55,339 nt of DNA from Deltaproteobacteria bacterium. Lineage in GTDB: Bacteria > Desulfobacterota > JACPFL01. The notes below the pieces were generated by a model. That model made no database searches and was not told where the DNA came from. It was given only the letters and a program-made list of their open reading frames with translations. Numbering within the stretch: position 1 is the first letter of the stretch; every line of letters begins with the position of its first letter. Shown here piece by piece: positions 1 to 7,679 of this stretch. The DNA is taken from assembly GCA_016183025.1 (NCBI GenBank), contig JACPFL010000109.1, forward strand, positions 1 through 55,339, given 5' to 3'. The position numbers and the translations under genes were made by a program.

Positions 1-7
1 AAGCAGC

Positions 8-319
8 TCATTGCCCACTGCGCCATTTGGTGAAATCCCGTGCACCGTGCAAGAATGCAAGAATCTCGATCTTCGAGCCGGAGATCTCGTAGATTAGACG
101 ATACCGATGGACGAAGATCTCACGGATCGCCGGAGTGCTGACCTCGGGGACGATTCGACCGCGCTCAGCTATCGTCTGCAACGAAGAAGCGGCCTCGAGC
201 GCGTCGGCGAGAACACACTGTGCCGCTTGAAGGGAGTCTCTTGCGATGTAGGCTACCGCCTCGTCGAGCAGGCCCTTGGCCTGCTCGGACCAGACTACTC
301 GCCAGCGCCGAGCAACCAC
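8..319 (-). CDS. parE: ParE/RelE-superfamily type II toxin (103 aa)
   Basis: ORF track 103 aa. The C-terminal 'FVHRYRLIYEISGSKIEILAFLHGARD' is the typical ParE plasmid-stabilisation toxin pattern. It overlaps the upstream small antitoxin ORF by 25 nt. Confidence 0.8.
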   Translation of the reverse strand: MVARRWRVVWSEQAKGLLDEAVAYIARDSLQAAQCVLADALEAASSLQTIAERGRIVPEVSTPAIREIFVHRYRLIYEISGSKIEILAFLHGARDFTKWRSGQ

Positions 320-492
320 TTCTTGCGGAGCTCTTCTTCGACCTGCTCATGGGGAAGGGTTCGCCCCGCAGCCACGTCGGCCTGGCCGCGCTCGACTGCT
401 CGCAAGACGTAAAGGTGGTACAGCACGTCGTCCATGCTGCAATCATCGGGGAGCCGGTCGAGCAGGGCCCGCACGGCTTCTTTCGCTTCCAT
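295..492 (-). CDS. Small antitoxin partnered with ParE (65 aa, addiction-module component)
   Basis: 65-aa acidic ORF directly upstream of and overlapping parE. GGAGG sits 6-7 nt before the ATG. Size and position are typical of ParD-position antitoxins. Confidence 0.65.
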   Translation of the reverse strand: MEAKEAVRALLDRLPDDCSMDDVLYHLYVLRAVERGQADVAAGRTLPHEQVEEELRKKWLLGAGE

Positions 493-528
493 GTCAGCCT
501 CCGTTTCGGGGATGAGTCATCGATTCCA

Positions 529-557
529 AGTATAGCAGCCAGAATCGGCCGTTTCGA
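529..557 (-). promoter_or_regulatory. Candidate sigma70 promoter of the parE module (TCGAAA-17-TATACT)
   Basis: Minus strand reads TCGAAAcggccgattctggctgcTATACT, about 36 nt upstream of the antitoxin ATG. The -35 is weak. The same 10-mer TCGAAACGGC recurs at the brnT promoter. Confidence 0.4.
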
Positions 558-610
558 GTGCGATGCAGCCTAACCGCTGGCATCAGCCGCGGCTGCAGGC
601 GCCGGGGAGA

Positions 611-1426
611 TCACTGTGGGGCGACCCGAACTCCCCTGACGCCGGCCTGGTCGATGGCTTTCTGCACCAGACCGGTTCGTTTAGCCTCAGTGACGATCTC
701 TGCGAGCTTGCCTTGAGCCGCGGCCGATCGCCCTTTCGGAATGGCGATGGCCTGCGGAACGATCGTGAACTGGCCGGGCACGACCTTCGCACCCGGGAGA
801 CCGTCGGCCACGGCGTGGACGATCATCCCGTTCGAGCCGTACACATCCGCCTTTCCGCTGCGCAGCGCCTCGATCGCGGCCACGCGGCCGGCCGGTATGC
901 GCACGATCTCGGCGGCCCTGAGAGCCCGGCTCAGGAAGCGATCCGGGGCGCCGTCCTTCGCAACGGCCACCTTCACTCCGGGCCGGTCGACTTGCCCGGC
1001 GTCGGCGAATTCGCGTCCGGGCGCGGCGACGTACAGGTTGTCCACCAGCATGAAGTTGGGGCCGTAGTCGGCCAGCTCCGCTCTCGCTCCCCGCGCTCCG
1101 AGTGCGATGTCCCATTCCCCCTGGCCGAAGCTGCGCGCGTAGGCCTCCGCGCTGGAATAGAGGACCGGCTCGAACGGAACGCCGAGTCTGTCGGCAATGA
1201 ATCTGCCGAGATCAATGGCGACCCCGCTGGAGGTGCCGTCAGGCTTTCGCGCCATCAGCACCGGGTTGACTGCAAGAATCGCAACACGCAGCTTTCCCCG
1301 CGGCGCGATTTCGGGGCTGATCGCCGGCTGACCGAATGCCCCGCCGGATATCTGGCTTGCGATCAGGACGATGGCTGACAACAAAGCCGTTCGCGTACAC
1401 CAGCCCGTGTCCATGTGAGCAGTCAT
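611..1426 (-). CDS. ABC transporter substrate-binding protein, family 3 (polar amino acid type), secreted
   Basis: 271 aa from the ATG at 1426, with AAGGAGG 9 nt upstream. The N-terminal hydrophobic signal is 'ALLSAIVLIASQISGGAFG'. The body resembles SBP_bac_3 ('GKLRVAI', 'GFDIDL-like VAIDLGRFIADRLGV', 'KADVYGS'). No cognate permease or ATPase is adjacent. Confidence 0.8.
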   Translation of the reverse strand: MTAHMDTGWCTRTALLSAIVLIASQISGGAFGQPAISPEIAPRGKLRVAILAVNPVLMARKPDGTSSGVAIDLGRFIADRLGVPFEPVLYSSAEAYARSFGQGEWDIALGARGARAELADYGPNFMLVDNLYVAAPGREFADAGQVDRPGVKVAVAKDGAPDRFLSRALRAAEIVRIPAGRVAAIEALRSGKADVYGSNGMIVHAVADGLPGAKVVPGQFTIVPQAIAIPKGRSAAAQGKLAEIVTEAKRTGLVQKAIDQAGVRGVRVAPQ

Positions 1427-1537
1427 GACTTGCGGCCTCCTTTCAGCCGGTACACCGCCCATCGCTCGCGGTCAGCGGCCGGCGCGCGCAGCGCGAGCTC
1501 CGGGCCACTGTAGCGCCACGTTATCTGGCCCTCAATG

Positions 1538-1906
1538 CTAGCGCCGCCTCATGTTGAAGAACATCTCCCGTGACTTATAGCGCCCGTCGATGCTCGCGCG
1601 GTTCGTCGCAACCAGCACGTAGAGAATGTTCAACGCAGCCAGACGGGATGGCACAAGGCGTCGCTTCCTTGTCCGGTTGAAGACGAGCCTCGCCGTCAGA
1701 CCCTGCTGACCTCGAAGTCGGCGGTAGAGGCGGTCGACGGCGGACTTGCCGACAAGATTGAAGTTGCCTGAAGCCCGCTTGCTGCTGGAGACGGACATGA
1801 CGAAATACTGGCGGGCGCTGGACAGAATGTAGTAGTGCTGGCGCTTGCCCTGCACTTCACCGTGGAAAGTTAGACCCCTTGTGAGGCTATTGACGCTGAG
1901 CTTCAT
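1538..1906 (-). CDS. Hypothetical basic protein (122 aa), no family recognised
   Basis: ORF track. Arg/Lys-rich with a non-shadow-like composition. Local GC is visibly lower (hand count 57-62% on three 60-nt lines). Confidence 0.5.
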   Translation of the reverse strand: MKLSVNSLTRGLTFHGEVQGKRQHYYILSSARQYFVMSVSSSKRASGNFNLVGKSAVDRLYRRLRGQQGLTARLVFNRTRKRRLVPSRLAALNILYVLVATNRASIDGRYKSREMFFNMRRR

Positions 1907-2102
1907 CGTCGCCCCGACACTGCGTCAGGTCGCCTGCAGTTCCTGACCGCCGTCGCATACATCCAGGGCGGGAACCACGCTCAAGGCGTACGACGAATGC
2001 GAACCTGCCCCGGCGAAATGACGCTAAACGCTCCGAGCAGTTCGAATGCCCGCTCCCGACACACCTCGCCGCGGTCGAGGCGGCAGCAGCATCATCGCCT
2101 CG

Positions 2103-2546
2103 TTAGCCCGCTTCGCTCCTTCGGACGACGTGAACCTCCTCTTCGTGATCCCAGCGCAGCACGAGCGCGCCGTCGAGCGTCGCAACGAAGCAGTCATCGG
2201 AGCTCGGATAACAGAAATCTTTCCACCGCACGGCGAGTAGGCCAGCGTCTGTGAGCACGGCTGTTCGCTCGTCCCAGCAAACGACGATTCTTGTCGTCGG
2301 CGCAAGGCGGCGCATGATCTCGGCCCCGGAGTCGGCCCCCAGAGGTGCTCCACTGGTCGCGGTCTCGACTGCCTCCGCCTCAACCCCACGGCAGCGCCGC
2401 CATAGCAGTTGGGCCGCCTCGGAGCGAAGCGGCCGTATGCGAGCAAGTTCCTGTGGCGGCAGGCTTGCCCATCGGGGATCCGTCCAGCGCCACTTCAATG
2501 GGAAGCGCTGCAGATCCTCGAAGTCGTCATCCTGAAGAGATCGCAC
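2103..2546 (-). CDS. Hypothetical Trp/Asp-rich protein (147 aa)
   Basis: ORF with a GTG start at 2546, only 15 nt downstream of the BrnT-partner antitoxin stop. Composition looks natural ('FPLKWRWTDPRW', 'WKDFCYPSSDD'). No family recognised. Confidence 0.55.
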   Translation of the reverse strand: MRSLQDDDFEDLQRFPLKWRWTDPRWASLPPQELARIRPLRSEAAQLLWRRCRGVEAEAVETATSGAPLGADSGAEIMRRLAPTTRIVVCWDERTAVLTDAGLLAVRWKDFCYPSSDDCFVATLDGALVLRWDHEEEVHVVRRSEAG

Positions 2547-2561
2547 GCGCCAATAGTCCGG

Positions 2562-2864
2562 CTAACGTAATGCGGCTAAGCGGCCGCGTTTCCCTGCGGT
2601 CCGCTTGAGCCGCTTGTTAGGCACGGACCGATGACGCCGCGAACGGGCTGCAGCGGCATTCGCTGCGTTCAGCAACAGGCGCAGTGCGCTATTGACAGAG
2701 TTGTTGTCAGGGAACACCTCCGCGAGATCAGGCTCGATCAACACGAGGTTGGTCCCTGCAATGGCCCGTTTATAGTATTTTCCGCGCACCCCGCCCTTGA
2801 GCTTCGACAGGTCGTATTCGGGCCGAAGATCGTCCTCAATCGGCTGCGCCAATCCTTTTCGCAT
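2562..2864 (-). CDS. Putative antitoxin partner of BrnT (100 aa)
   Basis: ATG at 2864 is preceded by GAGGAGG and overlaps the brnT 3' end by 29 nt. The motif 'EYDLSKLKGGVRGKYYKR...NLVLIEPDLAEVFPDNNSVNSALRLL' is one I recognise from small antitoxins encoded next to DUF497 toxins. Confidence 0.65.
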   Translation of the reverse strand: MRKGLAQPIEDDLRPEYDLSKLKGGVRGKYYKRAIAGTNLVLIEPDLAEVFPDNNSVNSALRLLLNAANAAAARSRRHRSVPNKRLKRTAGKRGRLAALR

Positions 2865-3123
2865 ACTGCCTCCTCTCACGCTGTGTCGCTTTCCTCGCAC
2901 TGATTATCCGGGTGCGGTCCCCTCGTGCGGAGTGGGCCACAAAAAGAACGCGTTGCTTGGTTGAGACCCCGATAGTGACTTCGCGGTCTTCCTCGTCCGA
3001 GTGGTCCGGATCATCAAACGTAAGGGCCATTGGGTCAAGAAAGACCGACGCCGCTTCCGCGAAGGAAACGCCGTGTTTCCGAAGGTTCGCATCGGCCTTG
3101 ATCGCGTCCCATTCATACGTCAC
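2836..3123 (-). CDS. brnT: BrnT-family (DUF497) ribonuclease toxin (95 aa)
   Basis: 'YEWDAIKADANLRKHGVSFAEAASVFLDP...RIISARKATQRERRQY' is the canonical DUF497/BrnT pattern. GTG start at 3123. Confidence 0.85.
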   Translation of the reverse strand: MTYEWDAIKADANLRKHGVSFAEAASVFLDPMALTFDDPDHSDEEDREVTIGVSTKQRVLFVAHSARGDRTRIISARKATQRERRQYAKRIGAAD

Positions 3124-3129
3124 GTAACG

Positions 3130-3159
3130 ACCATAGCATGCACGTGGGTGCCGTTTCGA
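3130..3159 (-). promoter_or_regulatory. Candidate promoter of brnT module (TCGAAA-18-TATGGT), start codon 6 nt after the -10
   Basis: Minus strand reads TCGAAAcggcacccacgtgcatgcTATGGTcgttacGTG. The spacer contains the CACGTG and GCATGC palindromes. The -35 is weak. Confidence 0.35.
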
Positions 3160-3233
3160 TCAGCAAGATTGCCCCGGTCGAACGCTTGCGATAACCCGCG
3201 GCGGGTGTACGCCCGACGCGGGAACAACCCGCA

Positions 3234-3256
3234 AACCCGCCGCCCGCCGGCGGGTT
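3234..3256 (-). terminator. GC-rich hairpin downstream of the HTH antitoxin gene (9-bp stem, 5-nt loop), no U-tract
   Basis: aacccgccg/cccgc/cggcgggtt are perfect complementary arms, 35 nt past the stop at 3291. Confidence 0.3.
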
Positions 3257-3290
3257 CATGCCGTAGTTAGCCTGTGCCGACCGTAGCCGA

Positions 3291-3581
3291 CTACGCCCTC
3301 ACGGCCTCAGCCACCGCCTCGGGGTTCTCGGCAGCTACCTTGAGCAGAGCCCGAGCCGGCCCTTCGGGCGTGCGGCGCCCTTGCTCCCAGTTCTGGAGCG
3401 TTGCGAGACTCACACCGATCATGAGGGCAAACTCGGACTGTGACTTGCCAAGCTTGACGCGAATCGACTTGATGTCCGCCGGCCTGAGTGTGTAGACCCG
3501 AGCGGGCTTCATTGTTCCGCGCCGGATCCGTCCGGCCTGGCGGACGCTCTTGACAAGAGTCTGGAAATCGCGCGCTCTCAC
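3291..3581 (-). CDS. XRE-family HTH antitoxin (HigA-like, 96 aa)
   Basis: HTH segment 'SQSEFALMIGVSLATLQNWEQGRRTPEGPARALL'. Its GTG start forms a GTGA overlap with the toxin stop. Confidence 0.8.
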   Translation of the reverse strand: MRARDFQTLVKSVRQAGRIRRGTMKPARVYTLRPADIKSIRVKLGKSQSEFALMIGVSLATLQNWEQGRRTPEGPARALLKVAAENPEAVAEAVRA

Positions 3582-3893
3582 TTGAACTCCTTCCGTACCA
3601 GCCGGCCGAGCACCTTCACCTGTTCTGGCGTGAGGTCACCTTGCTCCTGCTTTGTGTAGACGAAGAGCATGCAGAAGGTCTCAGTCGGCCTGTCCCAGTA
3701 GTAAATCACCCGGGCGCCGCCCCGCTTGGCTCGCCCCGTGATGCCCCAGCGCAGTTTACGAAGACCGGCGCTACCTCGGATGACGACACCTTGTTCCGGG
3801 CGCAGAGCCAAAGCAAGCTGCAGCGCCCGGTACTGTTCGTCTTCGAGAAGCGCGGTAACAGCCCTCGCGAAGACTGGTGTTTCAACAAATCAT
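3578..3893 (-). pseudogene. RelE/HigB-like toxin, frame broken one nt after the ATG
   Basis: The track ORF (3578-3811, TTG start) extends in frame upstream to 3889 as 'FVETPVFARAVTALLEDEQYRALQLALALRPEQG', the family-typical N-terminus, with no in-frame start. The only ATG (3893-3891) is followed by one extra A and then TTT GTT GAA. As written it reads ATG ATT TGT TGA. Confidence 0.6.
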
Positions 3894-3900
3894 ATACACT

Positions 3901-3928
3901 AGTATACGCCGTTGGCGTATACATGCAA
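3901..3928 (-). promoter_or_regulatory. Promoter TTGCAT-16-TATACT with embedded operator-like inverted repeat; leaderless start
   Basis: Minus strand reads TTGCATgtatacgccaacggcgTATACTagtgtatATG. The perfect inverted repeat GTATACGCC-gtt-GGCGTATAC (3902-3922) fills the spacer. The ATG lies 7 nt after the -10. Confidence 0.6.
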
Positions 3929-3979
3929 GAACGATCATGAGGCCGCCGTGAAGTGCTGCCTACCTGGCTAGGCGGAACT

Positions 3980-4183
3980 TTAGAATCTGGGGTGACACAT
4001 CACCACCTTGATGTCCCTGATCCGGTCTTCGGGCACGCTCATCAGATCGTCGGAGAGGACCGCGACGTCGGCGAGCTTCAGGTCCGCGGGGGCCGGCCCT
4101 GCCGACTGCGGCCGGACCGCGGCGGGAAAGGCCCCCAGCAGGGGGAACATCCCCAGGATGACCAGCAACACCCTCTTGCCCAT
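3980..4183 (-). CDS. Small secreted hypothetical protein (67 aa)
   Basis: GAGGAG sits 8 nt before the ATG. N-terminal signal-like 'KRVLLVILGMFPLLGAFPAA'. No family recognised. Confidence 0.45.
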   Translation of the reverse strand: MGKRVLLVILGMFPLLGAFPAAVRPQSAGPAPADLKLADVAVLSDDLMSVPEDRIRDIKVVMCHPRF

Positions 4184-4308
4184 GGCCGCTCTCCTCGGGC
4201 GGGCCTTCCCGCACCGGAACGCGCATCTCGGGGAGTTCTTCGACCTGAAGGCGCGAACGGGCCTCGGGGGCGGACCCCGGCTTCCGGGCCCGCCCCGCGC
4301 CCCATGCG

Positions 4309-5325
4309 CTAGCGGCCGCGCTTGGGGAAGAGCTTCGGCAGGAAGTCGTTCGTGTAGATGTCTTCCACCGGGACCTTCGCCCCGACCTTCATGTACTCCG
4401 TGATGATGTCCCGCGTGGACTCCATCTTCTCCCGGGTCATGTAGCCGATCCCGAACTTCTTCGCCGTCTCCGTCATCAGGTGATCCACGGCGATCTCCCA
4501 GTCAGCGCGCGCCACCTCCGGGCTGATGGCCGTGTTGGCCTTGACGAAGAGCTCGATGGCGGGCCCGGAGTTCTCGACCGCCCACGCGAACCCCTTCATG
4601 GTCGCGTGCACGAAGCGGCGGACAAGGTCGGGTTTCTCCCGCACGAGCTTATCGGTCGCGATCAATCCATTCGAGTACACATCCACCCCGTAGTCGCTGT
4701 AGTAGATGACGTGGATGTCCTTCCCCTGTTTCTTCGCGGCAGCCCGAACGCTCGGGATCGCCGCGGCGAAGTATCCCACGGCGTCCACACGGCCCGCGAA
4801 CAGGCTGGGCGTCTGGGCATCCGCGGTCATGGTCACCCAGCGCACCTTCGCCTGGTCGATCCGGTTGGCGCCGGCGAAGGCCGGGAACACGACCTTGACT
4901 GCGTTCCCCTCCGGCGACCCGATGCTGCGCCCCTCAAGGTCCTTGGGGGTCGTCACCCCCGACCCCTTGAGCGTGACGATGGTGTACATCGACTTGTCGT
5001 GGATCATCGCGATCACTTTGACGGCCGCCCCCCGGGCTCGTGCGATGATGAGGGACGGCGTGTCAGCGAAGCCGACCTCCTCGGTCCCCGCCGCGATCCG
5101 CTTGACCGTGTCGCCCGAGCCGTGCCCGCGCAGGAGGGCCACGTCAAGGTTCTGCTCCTTGTAGAACCCTTTCTCCTGCGCGGCAAAGAACCCCGCGTGC
5201 TTGCCGTAGAACAGCCAGTCCAGCGCGAAGGATACCTTGTCCGCGGCCACCCCTGGTGATGGGCTCCAGCCGATCAGGCCCACCGCCAGCGCGATCCCCA
5301 GCACGATGCGTCTGGTGATCATCAT
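4309..5325 (-). CDS. NMT1/THI5-like (NitT/TauT-type) ABC substrate-binding protein, secreted (338 aa)
   Basis: The real start is ATGATG at 5325, with AGGAGG upstream. Signal peptide 'MMITRRIVLGIALAVGLIGWSPSPGVAA'. 'FALDWLFYGKHAGFFAAQEKGFYKEQNLDV' is typical of the NMT1 family. The upstream 378 aa of the 717-aa track ORF is read-through. Confidence 0.85.
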   Translation of the reverse strand: MMITRRIVLGIALAVGLIGWSPSPGVAADKVSFALDWLFYGKHAGFFAAQEKGFYKEQNLDVALLRGHGSGDTVKRIAAGTEEVGFADTPSLIIARARGAAVKVIAMIHDKSMYTIVTLKGSGVTTPKDLEGRSIGSPEGNAVKVVFPAFAGANRIDQAKVRWVTMTADAQTPSLFAGRVDAVGYFAAAIPSVRAAAKKQGKDIHVIYYSDYGVDVYSNGLIATDKLVREKPDLVRRFVHATMKGFAWAVENSGPAIELFVKANTAISPEVARADWEIAVDHLMTETAKKFGIGYMTREKMESTRDIITEYMKVGAKVPVEDIYTNDFLPKLFPKRGR

Positions 5326-5369
5326 GGCTTCCCCTCCTCTGCCCCCGACGACTGAATGCCTCCCGCGGC

Positions 5370-6404
5370 TCAGGGGCGTTGGTCCTCGGGCACGAGCCGG
5401 CCGTCCTGGACGACCGGCTCGCCGTCCAGCGCGAGGCTGGATCCCAGCATGGGCATGTCGAAGTGCGCGAGGGTGTGCCGGGTCCCGCCCGCCTCCGTGT
5501 TGGGCCCGGTCGAGAACTGCACGTTGCCGTAATACGAACGGGCGTCCATCCCGCAGCTCCGGGTCTCGAAGACCAGGGCCGGCCACTGGGCGCGTTCGTC
5601 CAGCCCCCAGCCGATGTGCGACACGGCGAACCCCTCGGGATCGCGGAAGCTCTCGAGCTGCTGCCGGAGCAGCAGGGCGTCCAGGCCGCCCTCGATCTTG
5701 CGGATGTACCCATCCTTGACCGTGAGCGTGATCGGCTGGCTGACGTAGCGGTTGAACGGCCAGATGAGGTCCCCGGTGCTGAGGACCACCCGCCCGGTCG
5801 TCCCTCCCTCGTTGGGCCAGGTGTAGAGGAACCCCGACGGCCAGTGATCCCAGCGCCCGGGCGTGTCGGTATAGCCGTACTGCGTGATCACCGGGTAGTC
5901 GCCGACCGCGATGACGAGGTCGGTCCCGGCCGGCGAGGTCACCCGAAGCTCGCGGGCTTTGCGCAGTCGTTCCGACCCCGCCTCCACACGGCGGCGAAGC
6001 GGCTCGGTCGGGAAGAGGCGAGCCAGGATCTCCACGGGCTCCACGACGAGCAGCATCCGTGCCCCGGCGCGCAGGATCTCCACCTGCTCGGGGGAGTGCA
6101 GGAGGAACATGAGGTCCACCACGAAGTCTGCCTTCTTCAGCGTCTCCAGCGCCACCCGCTGTCCTGTGAGCGGGGTCCGGCCCACGAAGGTCCCCCCCTT
6201 CTGACCCGGGTCTTGGCCGGCCGGCAGCGAGGGAAGCATGATCTCGAAGACCTGCGCCCCCAGCGCGCGGCACGCCGCGATGGAGGCCTGGATGTAGGCG
6301 GGCGAGCTGTGTGGCCCCGCCAGGACCACCACCGTCTCGCCCTCGTGGACCCGGCAGAGCTCGAACTCCGCCCGGAACAGCGCCGCCAGCTCCTCCGGTG
6401 TCAT
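5370..6404 (-). CDS. nicX: 2,5-dihydroxypyridine 5,6-dioxygenase-like protein (NicX/PicD family, M29-aminopeptidase fold)
   Basis: Long blocks match my recollection of P. putida NicX: 'LLHSPEQVEIL', 'GRWDHWPSGFLYTWPNE', 'SHIGWGL', 'MDARSYYGNVQFSTGPNTEAGG', 'HFDMP' (H-x-D). Start taken at MTPEEL (6404). Confidence 0.8.
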   Translation of the reverse strand: MTPEELAALFRAEFELCRVHEGETVVVLAGPHSSPAYIQASIAACRALGAQVFEIMLPSLPAGQDPGQKGGTFVGRTPLTGQRVALETLKKADFVVDLMFLLHSPEQVEILRAGARMLLVVEPVEILARLFPTEPLRRRVEAGSERLRKARELRVTSPAGTDLVIAVGDYPVITQYGYTDTPGRWDHWPSGFLYTWPNEGGTTGRVVLSTGDLIWPFNRYVSQPITLTVKDGYIRKIEGGLDALLLRQQLESFRDPEGFAVSHIGWGLDERAQWPALVFETRSCGMDARSYYGNVQFSTGPNTEAGGTRHTLAHFDMPMLGSSLALDGEPVVQDGRLVPEDQRP

Positions 6405-6540
6405 CGTCCCCCCTCCCGTTCTCCGGATCGCCAGGCCAGGCACTCCGCGCCCGGGGATCCACGTTCCCGCCCGAGGTCCCCTCCGGCGGCCCCTCAGCAG
6501 ATGCGCGCAGCCCTACTTTCCCCGCTCCCGCGCCCTCGGC

Positions 6541-7593
6541 TCAGGGCTTCGGGATCTTCGCCACGTTGAGCACGACCGGCACCTGGTTGCGGAGCTGCAC
6601 CATGTAGACGTTGAAATCGTAGGCCTGGTGGGTCGGCGTGAACCGGAACGTGCCGTTGAACCCCGAGTACTCCACCTTCTCCAGGGCGTCCCGGATCCGG
6701 GCCGACTCCGCGCTCCGCGCATCCGAGATCGCCTTGGCGATGATCTGCAGGACGAGGTACCCGGCGGCCGAGTACCCCTCACTGTAGGGGCCGGCGGCCT
6801 TGAGGTAGGCGTCGATGGTCCAGATCCCTTCGCCGAAGAGCTTGGCCTTGAGCCCCACCTCCTTGATCTGGCGGCTGAGCTGAATGGCATGGGTCTCGTA
6901 GGCGGTCATCCCCAGCGCGTCCACCCCCAGCGTCTTGATCCTCGTGAGATAGGAGTAGTAATCGGTCTCGCTGACCTGGTAGAAGTCGGTGCTGGCCACC
7001 CTGGCGCCGGCCTTCGTCATCGCTTCGCCAAACTCCTTCGCCATCCCCCGCCCCCAGTCCTCGTTGGTCACCAGGAAGGCGACCTTGCGGATCCCCTCCT
7101 TGTTGACCAGGGTCGGGGCGAAGGCGCGGGCCAGCAGGCGGGAGGTGGCCTGGGCCCGGAAGAACCACGGGTTCCCCTGCTCGGTCAGGACCGGGGCGGT
7201 CGAGACCCCGGTCACCTGGGGGATCCGGTACCGCTTCGTCACCTCCATCACCGCCCCTGTGGCCGAGCTGCAGAAGGCGCCGATGAGGGCCACGACCTGG
7301 TCCCGGTTGATGAGCTTTTCGGCCGCGGCCACGGACTGGGCCGGGTTGCAGATCCCATCCTCCACAAAGAGCTGGATGGGACGCCCGGCAACCCCGCCCC
7401 GGGCATTGATCTCCTCCATGGCGATCTTCGTTGCGTTCGCCTGGCTCTGGCCGCTGAAGGCGACCGGCCCGGTCAGCGGGGTCACCATCCCGATCCGGAT
7501 TGGCTCTGCTGCCCAGGCGACGGGCATCCCGCCGAAGAGAAGCGACACAAGCGCGACCAGCCACCCAACTCTTGTCCGTCCGCCCATGGTCAT
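6541..7593 (-). CDS. Liv-type (Leu/Ile/Val-binding family) periplasmic substrate-binding protein (350 aa)
   Basis: ATG at 7593 with an adjacent GGAGG. Signal peptide 'WLVALVSLLFGGMPVAWAA'. 'IRIGMVTPLTGPVAFSGQSQANATKIAMEEINARGGVAGRPIQL' is the Peripla_BP_6 hallmark. Confidence 0.9.
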   Translation of the reverse strand: MTMGGRTRVGWLVALVSLLFGGMPVAWAAEPIRIGMVTPLTGPVAFSGQSQANATKIAMEEINARGGVAGRPIQLFVEDGICNPAQSVAAAEKLINRDQVVALIGAFCSSATGAVMEVTKRYRIPQVTGVSTAPVLTEQGNPWFFRAQATSRLLARAFAPTLVNKEGIRKVAFLVTNEDWGRGMAKEFGEAMTKAGARVASTDFYQVSETDYYSYLTRIKTLGVDALGMTAYETHAIQLSRQIKEVGLKAKLFGEGIWTIDAYLKAAGPYSEGYSAAGYLVLQIIAKAISDARSAESARIRDALEKVEYSGFNGTFRFTPTHQAYDFNVYMVQLRNQVPVVLNVAKIPKP

Positions 7594-7650
7594 CCTCCGC
7601 TTGCGCTTCGAAACAGCCTTCCCAGCCGGGCCGTGGCGATACGACAGACC

Positions 7651-7676
7651 CCTGCCCAGCCCCTTGTCCGGGCAGG
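7651..7676 (-). terminator. Weak hairpin just after the upstream HO-like gene (7-bp stem, 12-nt loop)
   Basis: cctgccc ... gggcagg, 4 nt after the stop at 7680. No clear U-tract. Confidence 0.25.
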
Positions 7677-7679
7677 CGC

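Noticed and set aside
3194-3207. The palindrome ACCCGC-G-GCGGGT near the BrnT/HTH intergenic region.
   Set aside because: The loop is too short to fold as a hairpin, and it has no positional relation to a promoter. The neighbouring 9-bp hairpin was reported instead.
5326-6462. N-terminal 378 aa of the 717-aa track ORF 4309-6462.
   Set aside because: This is out-of-frame read-through across the NicX-like gene. The real SBP starts at the ATGATG at 5325, with an AGGAGG site and a signal peptide.
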